This document shows positions 23,601 to 32,954 of a DNA stretch of 43,315 bases, one piece after another. The translations under genes and the position numbers were made by a program. Numbering within the stretch: position 1 is the stretch's first letter; every line of letters starts with the position of its first letter. Below the pieces are notes generated by a model. That model saw only the letters and a program-made list of their open reading frames with translations, searched no databases and was not told the origin of the DNA. The stretch is from Phoronis australis (lineage: Eukaryota; Animalia; Phoronida), in assembly GCA_002633005.1 (NCBI GenBank), contig NMRA01000784.1:103828-147142 (forward strand), in the 5' to 3' direction.

Positions 23601-26600
23601 TCATTCCGTCACTGATGACGACTTTTCTGTGTTTTCTTTCCTCTGTTTGTGTTTGCTTCTGTAAAGACAATAAATGCGATGACTTTTGCCAGGAGACATG
23701 GACGCACGTGGTTTCATGTTGCTACATTGGGAATGTTTATCTGTAGAGTCAAGACGCTTTTCAGGATTAAAAACAAGCAGACAGTTTCCTTGACTACAGA
23801 AATTACTGATCTTTATATCCTATGATTTAAAATAAGGAGAAATATACTGACTTGGTCATGGCTTTTGGAACAAATTAGCAAGATCATAAAGTTAGTGTGA
23901 ATTTTACGGCCGCAAAAATGATGACAAGAAATTTACATAGACTTCAAACTGCTAAATCTAACAAATCATATTTATTAAGGAAATTCATTCAACATATCAT
24001 CCTGTACATTTATGCTATAGCGTTGCACGGACCTACCTGTAATATTACTTTCTTGAATTCGTTCTCTTTCTCTTGGTGCCATCTCCTTAAACATTCTTTT
24101 AACTTGGCTTTCTGAAAAGAAGTCACAACCACAGATAGAAAATGAATTCAATTCAGTCGAACGGTATTACAACGCGTTTAGTTTGCTTTTTCCACGTCCC
24201 AAGACCACTGTGCATTACACACGTTGATCAGGTTGTTAGCGTGTGAGGAGGATGGATGTTAATATTTACTCTTCCATAGATCTGTCCTTCACAAAAACAC
24301 TTTTTCCAAATTACAGAAATATATCGTTTAATTAATATCACCACTATGGACTATCCGCGTCCAAATGTGGCTTGCGTCTGCCACTTGACCGCGTGTGTTA
24401 TCAAGTATATGCAAATTTCACCACGCTCAACATTATGACGTAAGTGCGTAAGGCAGATCAGGCGCTTAAAAGGCGTCTTGTGAGAAAATAGCATAACATT
24501 AATTAGCAATATAATGATAATTTGGCCAATCACGTGACATAACCTTATGTGTGTGCGTATGGATAGAGACTACCCACAAATGACGTCATTGGCCTATACG
24601 TTTCTTGACGGTAAAAAGGAAGTTCTTCCGCCTGATTTGGGTCTGACGATAAGAAGGCCGGTCAGACGTGTGACGACCGTGATCCAGTGGTCGAGCCCCG
24701 GATATGTCACTTTCACAAATCGATAGAAAAACGTGGCATAGGAAATTGGTCGACTTTATTTTAACTGCCAAATTCAACGAGTCATCATTCTTCCTTCTGA
24801 AAGGGAATTCGAAGAAATTGGTACCACTAGGGGGGGCTGTTTCTCGGTGAATTTATTGGCTTTTGACTTTCGACTGAAACTGATCAGACGGGATGACTTA
24901 AACATTTTCACAAAAACATTGTAAGGCCGAAAGTCTGCCTTCAATTCGACAATAAACGTAGTAGAATAAGAAAATCACGTGATCAGATGCTTGGCTTTTG
25001 ATTTAAATCAATGGCTAATAATCTCTTCTAGAAAGAGGACTTGATTATCGCTAATGGTGAATCGATCTTCAGTGTTTCTCGGCCAGTTATAACTCAGTTG
25101 TTGAGTTGAAAGGTTTTACATTTTTAAAACAATGTCAAACAACAATGAAGTTTTCGAGTAACAGTATTTGTCACTCGAGACAGACAACTGAGTCACGCTA
25201 TTGTGATTTTGAACGGTACGTGAGGACAGTTAATGTGTCTGCGTCTGAGGTGACCCTGAACTATCATCAATTATAGATCGAAAAGTAGACATTGGTTTGC
25301 GCCCCGACTCAAAATACCCTCTCAGTGCTGACATCCGGGGATTTTTCTCAAAGGAACTATTGGCTTTTGTCTGTTGACGTTAGTCAAAAGTCAGAGCTCT
25401 AGTTACAAATAGTTAAAAGTTGTTTTTATTTCACTTTTGCGTTTCTTGAAAAATTCCCAGTGTTTTCTGTCTAGTTCAGCAGACTTTGAGTTGGAGACAG
25501 ATTTTCAGACATTCATCCTTAGACTGTTCTGGTGAAACAGGATAAGCCATCCTAGAGTGATCTTTATCCGCAATCAACAACAGAAACCAATTAACACTTC
25601 GAGAAAGAGGCATCGGGTGTCGCTGGGCAATCAAAGGGAAACGCTATGATCCCTACCCATTTCAGTACGTGAGATAACTTTTTATTTATAGAAAATATGG
25701 ACAACTAAAATGTACGTCATCACCACATTAATTTTTAAAAAGCAAAGACCAGAAATGATTTTTGGCATTCCCCGATGTCGAAAATTCCCCTGGGGACGTA
25801 ATAGCGGTGCAGTTACTTTTCACGTGATGCATAGTTATTTGTATTTCAAGGTTGTTGAAGTATTGATAAATTGGTTGTCTTGTGATGACGGTCAGTGGCG
25901 GTAGTAGTTGTCGTGGTGGCGCCCCCACGCGCCGATGGTCATGTCCAAAAGTAATTTTCTTTTTATTAAACTGTTAGTTGGGCTGAAAGGGCATATTTTT
26001 CTTGTCTACTTTTACGTCATACTTACTAATTCTTCCACATTAGTGCGGTCAGAGTCGTCCCTCAGTTGCACAAGTTCTTTCCGCAGTCTTTCCGTGGCAA
26101 CGTCAAATTCTCTCTCAGCCGGCAAACCGTCACCCTGCCGTTTTTAAAAGGAACTTTATACGACAAGTTTAAAATGTGATTTTGAAAGAAAACATGGCTT
26201 TTCTTAATCAATGAAATAAACATAACCCCCAGGAACCTAAGCCGTAAAAATTAAGAATTTCGTGTGTTACATGTACTTGCTCTCAGCTCTCCTAAATATG
26301 CATTCGAACCGCATATTTTCGCAGAGACGCTTGAACGAAAAATTAATTTCGTTCGAAAAAAAGACTCCGGTTTCGTAGTCGAGTTTTAAGAGGTTATAGT
26401 TTCGTACTCTTTGATGTTGACTGGTTTTAAAATATTCCGTCATTTGACTTGTTTCGTGGTCCTTCAAAATGTGTATGACGTGTTTAAAGCACTTGGCTGA
26501 AGCAATAGGAGTAAATTATAAGTTAGGGTATATGATTAATGGGATCTATCGCCAGTTGTTAAATGATCATTATTCAATCAGGAGTGTGAATACATGTGAT

Positions 26601-28947
26601 ATGCTTGAAAGGATTTGCTCAATTTTATTTTGATTTAATATTGTATATTCGTGTTATTTTTTATACTTTCTGTCGAACAGACTGGCTTTTACCTGACCTC
26701 AGTTTGTTCGTCAAGATAGACACAAAATAAATCAAAGTTTGTTGAATTGGATTTTTTTATTAAAGAAATTTTCTCAGGTCTCACTAAAATAAGTCTACAA
26801 TAAACAGGGGGTTTGTAAACATAGTCGGAAATCCGGGGTTAGTTTGCAACAGACTGGTAGTCTCAATAAGCAGACGATGAGATTTACAAAGAACTGAACG
26901 TTCGTGACAATGCCAGGCGAATAAAATGACACGCGGTGACAAACTTTAGACCCTGGTCTTCAACAAAAACGCAATGTCAGTTCTTTTCAAGTCCAGAGAT
27001 GATCTATTTCGACTGAGGAACAGTTTAATAAAATTTCCATAACTAACTGGTCTAATCAAATGTTGTTATTTTTGACGGAGGGTGTGGTCCTAGTCGTTTT
27101 AACGTGAAGATGCTAAAGTACCTCGAACATTTAAAAATTTGAACCCACAGATGTTCGCGAGTTAAATCGTGCTCATAAATCACAGCTGATATACGCACGG
27201 GTAACCAGTGTACCACGGATTGCAGTGACAAAGCCCAAATTAAAAATAGCTTAGTAATCGTGTTAATGAATGTGCGAGCGTTTGTGCTCTATTAATTTAA
27301 GATTACAACCGATAAAAATACATTTCGTATTAGGTGCATCATTTTCCAAACATCTGTCCATAAAGAAGCCATGGGGTGTTCACCTGCCTTTTGACGTGAC
27401 GCTTCACGGCTAATTGGTCATTTTGTTTACCCTCACTATCCTCAATCGTTACGAGTTCATAATACCACATTTTGTGACATAAAATGATAAAATGAGATAT
27501 TCTCATCGTGAACTGCCACCTGTTGTGATAACAGCAAACTAATTAATAATTTCCACGGATGTTTGGTTTGTATTTGAATTTGGTGTTGATTTTGAGGTCA
27601 TTGTACTGACCAAGCAACGTAATTATTCAATATTTCCTAAACACCACCATCAACTTATGAAAATACATATTTGACACATAATAACATTTTTCTACCGACA
27701 TCTCAGAGCCTGAATCCTGAGTGTCGGCGTTGGCAGTGTTTTGCCCTGCAATCACGTATTTTTCGCCTGTAGTAAAATAATTCGATTTAGCAAAAGAATT
27801 CTTTAAACTAGTCCAAACTTTAGGAGTTGGTGAGGATTAGGGAACAATATTTTTTCTCAAAGATTGAAGCATTCACCTTGTTTTTAATACGTTTTCAGGT
27901 TTGAACCGTGCTTAGTTACAGACGTTTATTTTAAAAACATTTTTCCACGTTTTTGACAAAACCGGATTTTTTAAAATCTAATTGTGATAGAAATTTTGAG
28001 AAAAAGTTGCTTATCTCATAAGTCGGTCCTTTTGTATTGAATCACTCCGTAAAATCGATAAATGGGAGGTGCACACCGGATTATTTTTACAACTGGATAG
28101 TTACATGTACACTTGATATAACTAACATTGAAAACCGTCGTAAGGGCGAGCTGTCAGTTTGACGTAATACCCAGACAGTGTTGTAAGTAACAAAGCTGGT
28201 TATTACTGGTTTTTTGGTATTTTTAAAGCTCGATCTACTGCTTGCTTCATGGCAGGATTTGACACTGGGCTACGATTATATAAGATTCACCTCTAGACTT
28301 GTGTAAGATTCTTGTCTCGATAGTTTGCAGTACCCAAACGTGTATTACTGTACTTAACTGTTGGCTTGCGTTTCCCTTTAGATTAGGACATTTGAGTGAT
28401 CAAAGCAGGTTTCGCCTAACAAGCGCACTCTGTTGTGTCACAGAATTGATATGTCATGGTTCTTGGTGGGTGTTTTTGACTACAGTTGTCGTAAACATGT
28501 AACTCGTCTGAAGACTACATGTAGGTCACGCTTGGCCGTTCACCAGAATTTGTAAGGAGGGGTTTTCAATTTTTGTTCCAAACTTTTGAGAATTAACGTG
28601 GGTTACGGGGCATCATTTTGTTTTAGTCAGGTAGGTGGAAAAGTCGTTGTTAATACCTGTCAGTATGTCAAAACCAGAATTAGTGTTTTTTTTTAATTGC
28701 TAAAATTGTAAATTGTGCAGCTGCCGCTTTTTCATAAGATATCTGTATTGATCGGCTGAGGCATAGTCAGTATTATGTTTAATCCGGCACTGCTTATTAA
28801 CAACAGATTTACTTGCCTTACCTTCAAGCTATCGACGACCTCTTCAAGAAGAGGCTTTATTTTTTCAGTTGCAGGCGCGCATTTTCCCAAGCGAGTGATC
28901 ACGAAGCACACGATCAAACAGGGCACGATGTGGTTCACCGACGCCAT
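2605..28947 (-). CDS. Multi-exon gene for a secreted astacin-family (M12A) zinc metalloprotease, SP-pro-astacin-EGF-CUB-EGF-MAM-MAM-MAM (BP10/SpAN/meprin-like), about 1116 aa
   Basis: Hand-spliced exons, all GT-AG with matching phases: 28947-28822, 26134-26027, 24111-24037, 23658-23599, 22734-22606, 21204-20981, 20314-20245, 18785-18594, 18111-17985, 16625-16503, 16361-16252, 15989-15859, 15257-15109, 14805-14698, 14160-14075 (copy 12424-12339), 13066-12943 (copy 11308-11185), 11000-10825, 10204-9997, 9667-9579, 9115-8989, 6909-6746, 6122-5871, 4726-4603, 4378-4200, 2694-2605. Total 3351 nt in one open frame ending TAA. HExxHxxGxxH and SxMHY motifs present. Pro-region exons are less certain. 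Confidence 0.92.
4200..4378 (-). CDS. MAM3 exon c (PVCVKWAYFL...VWYMQGMMGPNW...YK)
   Basis: Divergent MAM core (C..W.Y...VW...G..G..W); phase 1-0. Confidence 0.88.
4603..4726 (-). CDS. MAM3 exon b (ANSANQGGGPTSGFGGSSYFIIAQGSSRAPGVAKLMTNAWL)
   Basis: ctttcag acceptor, gtaagt donor; phase 0-1; same size as MAM1 exon b. Confidence 0.85.
5871..6122 (-). CDS. MAM2 end, poly-Thr linker and MAM3 start (DIALDTIVFTKGPC...SCDFETGSAC...DFNW)
   Basis: DIALD...GxC and SCDFE motifs; tgtag acceptor, gtaagt donor; 252 nt, phase 0-0. Confidence 0.93.
6286..6495. mobile_element. Fold-back/MITE-like element, palindromic around a tRNA-like stem-loop
   Basis: Arms ...catcacgtgaactgat...gatccctgccccaacc...ggaacttctgc and gcagacgttccc...ggtgcagggat...taggtcacgtgatg; termini shared with the 23119-23482 element. 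Confidence 0.7.
6746..6909 (-). CDS. MAM2 exon c (YCLSFKWHMYGYLKMGRL...GSHGDMW)
   Basis: CLxFxxHMYG...GxxGDxW MAM signature; phase 1-0. Confidence 0.93.
7110..7167. repeat. 14-bp minisatellite (GTAGTGTATATGCT-like), part left of the RTE
   Basis: About 4 degenerate units. Confidence 0.75.
7168..8384 (-). mobile_element. 5'-truncated, frameshifted RTE-clade non-LTR retrotransposon fragment (reverse transcriptase and C-terminus)
   Basis: TGVKQGCLLSPFLF and LDYADNIALL RT motifs; RTE-type C-terminus ILRIQWPE...RWIRHTLR...ALKWNPQGKRNRGRPRMTWRR; short (TGA)n 3' tail; 12-bp direct repeat tgtagtgtatat at 7156-7167 and 8385-8396. Confidence 0.93.
8385..8478. repeat. 14-bp minisatellite (GTAGTGTATATGCT-like), part right of the RTE
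   Basis: About 6-7 degenerate units. Confidence 0.85.
8747..8884. repeat. 46-bp tandem repeat, 3 copies
   Basis: Unit agcaacagttcagtactgcacagttcaataaatacaagtaacctat. Confidence 0.9.
8989..9115 (-). CDS. MAM2 exon b (GPTLSVDTGPSQGDGGTAYIYAEMSTPRQNGDYA)
   Basis: TxS..TGP...YIYxExSxPR..GD.A MAM motif; phase 0-1. Confidence 0.9.
9424..9477. repeat. Perfect inverted repeat with 25-bp arms and a 4-nt loop
   Basis: tgggttttaagtgactataaacgtt-cata-aacgtttatagtcacttaaaaccca. Confidence 0.95.
9579..9667 (-). CDS. MAM2 exon a (SCAFDTGSICGWIQETTDMFDW)
   Basis: MAM start motif; gtaagt donor; phase 1-0. Confidence 0.9.
9997..10204 (-). CDS. MAM1 exon d and Thr/Ser/Pro-rich linker (FMAIRGTSYMSDVALDEITFSRGRC-STTQAPPTTT...)
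   Basis: RG....DxAxDxI....GxC MAM end followed by a mucin-like linker; phase 0-1. Confidence 0.93.
10825..11000 (-). CDS. MAM1 exon c (FCQRFYYHMYGSDMGSLEL...SGDKGNTWH)
   Basis: CxxFxYHMYGxxxGxL...GxxGxxW MAM signature; phase 1-0. Confidence 0.95.
11185..11308 (-). CDS. MAM1 exon b, copy A (duplicate or allelic; I>V relative to copy B)
   Basis: Near-identical to 12943-13066 with intact splice sites. Confidence 0.8.
12339..12424 (-). CDS. MAM1 exon a, copy A (duplicate or allelic; L>F relative to copy B)
   Basis: Near-identical to 14075-14160 with intact splice sites. Confidence 0.7.
12943..13066 (-). CDS. MAM1 exon b, copy B (GQTPSSYTGPDGGPDNSSYVYAEASGGSQGDSTIMETPWLA)
   Basis: TPS..TGP...Y.Y.EAS MAM motif; phase 0-1. 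Confidence 0.8.
14075..14160 (-). CDS. MAM1 exon a, copy B (SCNFNKGLCAWIQRKDDQEDWIRLN)
   Basis: CxF..GxCxW.Q...D..DW MAM start; ttcag acceptor, gtaagt donor; phase 1-0. Confidence 0.85.
14698..14805 (-). CDS. EGF-like domain 2 exon (DPCLKCPRSASTCDINTGVCKCFKGYTGTKCD)
   Basis: CxCxxGYTGxxC EGF signature; phase 1-1. Confidence 0.92.
15109..15257 (-). CDS. CUB exon 3 (YCGS...MMLIFNTHGGGSAKKGFFFTVKA)
   Basis: YCG...F......KGF CUB C-terminus; phase 2-1. Confidence 0.9.
15859..15989 (-). CDS. CUB exon 2 (GPQKPNSGIIIKVNDFEVDSDRLSDQCVHTLEVSANLIGQTGI)
   Basis: CUB middle strands (DFEV...C...LEV); tttacag acceptor, gtgagt donor; phase 0-2. Confidence 0.88.
16252..16361 (-). CDS. CUB exon 1 (CGGVYDLKTEGATVTIKSPNYPRNYDLNKICVYVIK)
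   Basis: CGG...I.SPNYP..Y....C CUB signature; an alternative in-frame acceptor 9 nt upstream (16370) is possible. Confidence 0.92.
16503..16625 (-). CDS. EGF-like domain 1 exon (CNGPCYGHGY...CMCRCPRGLTGDC)
   Basis: Six-Cys EGF-like pattern; tttacag acceptor, gtaagc donor; phase 1-1. Confidence 0.9.
17985..18111 (-). CDS. Astacin C-terminal exon (GFSINGLPTI...GNRAGLTFYDAKAANILYNC)
   Basis: FSxNGxPTI and GxRxxLTxxDxxxxNxLYxC motifs; phase 0-1. Confidence 0.95.
18345..18428. repeat. Degenerate 30-34 bp tandem repeat, 3 copies
   Basis: gacacgagtgacagcgcta core repeated three times. Confidence 0.75.
18594..18785 (-). CDS. Astacin catalytic exon (HELGHAIGFLHEQSRSDRD ... YDLESDMHY)
   Basis: Zinc-binding HExxHxxGxxHExxRxDRD and Met-turn SxMHY; 192 nt, phase 0-0. 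Confidence 0.97.
20245..20314 (-). CDS. Astacin exon (GCSSWVGRIGGGQKINLQEPGCIL)
   Basis: GCxSxVGR...GC astacin motif; cgcag acceptor, gtgagt donor; phase 2-0; not in the ORF track. Confidence 0.92.
20981..21204 (-). CDS. End of propeptide (SKR-K basic site) and start of astacin domain (W..GRVPWEY...AIYHWQNETCLRF)
   Basis: Astacin N-terminal motifs WxxGxVPY-like and TCLRF; cctag acceptor, GG|gtatgt donor (phase 2). Confidence 0.92.
22606..22734 (-). CDS. Pro-region exon (SQPLMEQQEISNQSPNPDETLEELKFTHAQKVFLGLESEKRVK)
   Basis: Open frame with AAG|gtacac donor; acceptor position uncertain (22734 or 22710). Confidence 0.55.
23119..23482. mobile_element. MITE-like element with long imperfect TIRs enclosing a tRNA-like (Pol III A/B box) segment on the minus strand (about 23210-23284)
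   Basis: TIRs gtctggttagctcgccacc..ggtaacatcacgt and acgtgatgttgcc..ggtggcgtgctggccagac; internal minus strand tggctcagcagactagag...gttctagtc. Confidence 0.7.
23599..23658 (-). CDS. Pro-region exon (KQTQTEERKHRKVVISDGMK)
   Basis: ttgtctttacag acceptor, AAG|gtaata donor, 60 nt; only the phase-0 frame is open. Confidence 0.6.
24037..24111 (-). CDS. Pro-region exon (KAKLKECLRRWHQEKENEFKKVILQ)
   Basis: tcttttcag acceptor, CAG|gtaggt donor, 75 nt, phase 0-0; continues VEEL-KAKLKE. Confidence 0.65.
26027..26134 (-). CDS. Pro-region exon (GDGLPAEREFDVATERLRKELVQLRDDSDRTNVEEL)
   Basis: cag acceptor, gtaagt donor, 108 nt, phase 0-0, open frame with charged helical sequence. Confidence 0.7.
28822..28947 (-). 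CDS. Coding exon 1: start codon and signal peptide (MASVNHIVPCLIVCFVITRLGKCAPATEKIKPLLEEVVDSLK)
   Basis: ATG in AAAATGG context, hydrophobic core followed by C-A-P, donor AAG|GTAAGG (phase 0). Confidence 0.8.
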
Positions 28948-29300
28948 TTTCCAAATCAACTGTCGTTGGCGGGCGAACAATAACAATAGTCGGCCAACAG
29001 CAGGTCTCAATGAAGAGAAAATGATAGCGAAGAACTTAGGTGAACAATAGGTTCTATGGAAAGCAGAAAACGTAACCAAAGTTATGAACAATAATGACAA
29101 CATCATATAACACAACTATTATTTATTTAAACACCATTCGCTAAAAGGGGTGTTTGTGTTACTCGCTTGAGCGAATTTCTTAAGATTTCCTTTACTTTCT
29201 CATGAGTTTTTCGTAATGAACTTTACGGTCATCGAATAAAGTTTGATGTCGACATGAATTGGAGCAGGTGTCACAGTTTCGTCACATCTTGCGAAATGCC

Positions 29301-29366
29301 GTCGGATGTTACCGAGCACCTGTCGGATGTTACCGAGCACCTGTCGGATGTTACCGAGCACCTGTC
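29301..29366. repeat. Perfect 21-bp tandem repeat, 3 copies, each contributing a CACCTG E-box
   Basis: (gtcggatgttaccgagcacct)x3. Confidence 0.95.
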
Positions 29367-30063
29367 CTATAATGGGCTACCACACAAAAAGCAGATGGAT
29401 ATTTTGATGTTTCTGGCAATAAAAATGTGTCATTTGCACGCTTTTACAAATTTTGGCAAAGCGCAGTCTAGGAAAAGTAACAGCAGGTGCTTCTTTTACG
29501 GTACTGAAAAGAATGTACTATAGTATAGATTCTATCAATAAAGCTATTCCGTGTTTTACTAAAGGTATATGTAAGGAGTGTTACAGAGCAGTTTAAACGC
29601 GTGTTAACTTTTGCCAGTACTCGAACAAAATGATTTGCTAAAATGCGGAAAATCACCGAGGCAGGGGGTGCATACGATCCTGAAAAATCATTAAATTTTG
29701 GTCGAAATTGAAATGCTGTTTGTCTGCAGTTTGACATTTTTGAAGTAAATCTCAACTGGCAAAAAGTTGCTCACCACATCGCTTCCGAGGTGTTTGTTAA
29801 CAGGGTTGGGTTGTATCACAGGCATGTCATTGTGTGACGTTGTTCAATATTCGTCAATTTCTAACGTTGAATTCTAGGTTTTAGAACTGCATGTGACGTC
29901 ATGCAAAAAATATAAATAGACAGTCTTGATCGATGTACATAGAGCTTAATGATTTGTGACTGAAAATAACAGTCCCGGTTGGACTACGTAAAATTTGCGT
30001 TCCCCTTGGAGGATCAGCTTTGCAATCACTTGGCAAATATTATAGTGTATTAAAGGATTATAA

Positions 30064-30335
30064 CATGTGCGCACCCAGTGTAAAATATAGGGGGCTCGAA
30101 TTTTTCGGTATGCGGACCTTTCACTGAAAAAATCAACGAGGACTAAAAAAGGGAACCACTAGGTTCAGGCCTACGAATTGTGCATCCATGACAGATTTCT
30201 GTGGACTTTGAGGACTTTTGTCTCGTTTGCTCGGACTTTGTGTTTCATTGAGGCGGGCCATTTTACCCAATTCACCAAATTGGGGGGCACGTTCGAGCCC
30301 TCCGAGCCAGCCACCCTCCCCTGTGGGCGCCCATG
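30064..30335. mobile_element. MITE of about 270 bp with CATG termini and 5-bp TSD (tataa)
   Basis: tataa|catgtgcgcacccag...ctgtgggcgcccatg|tataa; internal inverted gggggctcgaa/ttcgagccc. Confidence 0.8.
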
Positions 30336-32768
30336 TATAAGAATAAATTTACTAGCCCTGAATCCGACAAAATCATCTTCCAAAGCATCGTTGTCATCGA
30401 CTTTCTGTCCTGCGCTAACAAAATGTCCCACTTTACATAAAGTAAACAAATGAAAAAATGAGAAATCAATAAGAATAAGTAAAATAAGTCAAACGATAAA
30501 GAGACTAAAATTATGAGGTAAACTTGAAAACAAAGTAAAGCAGCGCTAATTTACCGACTCTCCAGGAATCAGTTAGTGGACTGGCACAGCTTGGGGTCTT
30601 CGGAACACAAATTTCTAGATACTATTACATACATGTATGAAGCAGTTGAGAATATGACAGATTGGGTCGTAGTTGCAAATTATGAAGTTTTTAAAAACCT
30701 GGGGAATGCTTTCAAAGGGTGTGTTTTATTATATTTAGAGTAAAGACTGGTGTTTCAGTGTAGTTAATAAGGCGAGGATTTTCAAATATAATACAGGCCT
30801 TTGATGACAATTTGTTGGATGGGGGAATCAAAATGTTGAGTTTTATGCCAACTAACGAATTACAGGAGGTTTAAGTTCCGAGATTGTAGGGTTGCAGTCG
30901 GTAAATTACATAGTCTTTTAGGAATACGGCAAGGTACATTGCAACCATACATTAAGCACTAAGAGACGTCGTGTCGTACTGTGATGAACGGTACAATGGG
31001 TTAGACTTGCAGTTAGGTGAGTGACCACAGTGAATGACTAGCTGTTCACAATGGGATCAGCAACCGGGCAAAATGCCTGGTTTTCAAAATTGGGTGAATG
31101 AACAGGTCAAAGGAGAACTCAACCGTTTTATTTTGTTTTTTAGTACGTCTTAGAGTGGTTTGGTTCTTAAGAGAGATTCAAGCCAAAACATACTACATGT
31201 AAAACATTCCAAAAAACTGCCACTAGGAGGCCTACATTACGTGAGTCATGTTAGAAGTGCACTCTTCCGTTAGCTACATGTACTGCTGAACTGGAGTGGA
31301 TTCACAATCCATGGAAAAAATAGAATCGTGACCAAAAAGCCCACCTTTCCAAGTGATTCCGCTTTCAGCGAATTGTGACAATTTAGTCTACTCGTTTTCG
31401 CTACTGAACACAGTATCGCTCGATCGTGTTATCTAATACAGACATATTTTTCGGCCCTTTTGTTCGTTTACCGGTACGTCACTTTGTATAGTTCCGTGAA
31501 TGGAAAATACCCGTCAAGTGAACAGTAATATCATAACTGGAGAGCATTTCCCTCCAAGAATCTGTTTTTACTAAAGGCATGTCTACAACAAAAATTAGAA
31601 TCCCCATTTAAATTCGTTGCACTTTCTGCCCCTTTATTGTCAAGACACACTTATGAAATATGCAGTTGCATGAACTGGACTGGTACAAGCTATTCCACGG
31701 TCCATGCAATGTGTCTATAAGTGGCGCTATCGCTCGAGTCGGGTCATGAAGAACTGACGAGCAATTAGTCGCTCAAAACTAGTTTCACAAAAATACAATT
31801 TACGAGTGACGGAAACAGCGGAAGATATTTGATGTGACATTGTTTTTGATGCCCGTATCTACAAGTTAATGTCATGTTCTTTTTCTGCCTGAAAATACTG
31901 CATGTGTGCTTACTGACCTGGGGTTAGTTCGGTCCGGGGCTAGTTGGGCCACCGCCCCAAACTCCGCTATCATGATTATGTGCACTTTCAGCCTCAGTCA
32001 TTTTGAGCAATCACGTGACTTGCACCACTACACTAAAACCACGCTGGTCGAAGGCGGAGTGTTTTTATTGATCTGACAGGCAACGATTGGTTTTTAACCC
32101 AGGTGAGTAAATGTTGGAGCTTCACTCGATTCAGTGCTGGCTATAAGCCGTGCGCAGTGATGTAAAAATGTTTTGTTCGTGGGTTTCAACAACAGCTTGC
32201 TCTTCAAGACAAGCCATGTGTTTCTTTAGATTTCTCAGTGATTGATGAGGTAATCACGTGTGTTTTCCATTTAGAGCTAATGGGGCAATTTGGGCCCTTT
32301 GACGTGGCGCTAGTCTGGCCAGGGGCCGAACTTGCCCCGTTCACTTTACTTGATATATCATCAATAAATGTTTTTTTCAGGAAATTTAATTAGTACTATT
32401 CATCGTGAAATTGCACAAACTCATCTTAATTATGTTTGTTTGGTAGCGCTTTGTTATTCTGTAGGTTTGTAAACAGAACATGATTTTTAAACGTTGCTAC
32501 TGTGGGCACTAAAAATGTGAAAGTGTTTTACTCTATGTCTGATGCGAAGCCAGAACGGGTTAAAAGTAAGCCGTCTGGCTTGTGATCTACATTTGCGGGG
32601 TATCGTCTGGTCTTGAAAAATAACATGCCAAGTTTTAATTATCATTTGTTTTTGTTCACTAATTTTTCCCTAAGCATGAATCGACATTACAAGGGAAATA
32701 CCAAATCAAGAGAATCAGATACTCTAAGGGCAGCGGTCAAACTAGCACATTTTTCTTGATTTATTCTC

Positions 32769-32954
32769 GAGGAATACTTTATAAATGAAGCACCTGCTGG
32801 CTCAAAAGGAACCGCTCATCCATCAGGCGGGATGACAGTTGACAATTTCACCATGTTTCTTCTTCATTTCGTTGAAAATGTCAAACCATCAAAAGATGCT
32901 CCCGTACTCGTTCTTCTTGATAACCACGATTCACATCTATCCATCAACGCCTTG
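32769..32954 (+). pseudogene. DDE_1 transposase core fragment
   Basis: Translated by hand; matches the SG(W)MT...F..HF...PVLLLLDNH.SH motif of pogo-type transposases, with the conserved W changed to G and flanks deleted. Confidence 0.85.

Noticed and set aside
24586-24797. Possible pro-region exon containing CESDI (FEGDI-like)
   Set aside because: The acceptor phase (2) does not fit the flanking phase-0 exons, and the frame runs to a stop without a convincing donor. Not fully excluded without cDNA.
29301-29366. Short direct repeats here and at 8747-8884, 18345-18428 and 37264-37361 as CRISPR-like arrays
   Set aside because: Head-to-tail repeats with no unique spacers, no cas genes, and a eukaryotic intron-exon context.
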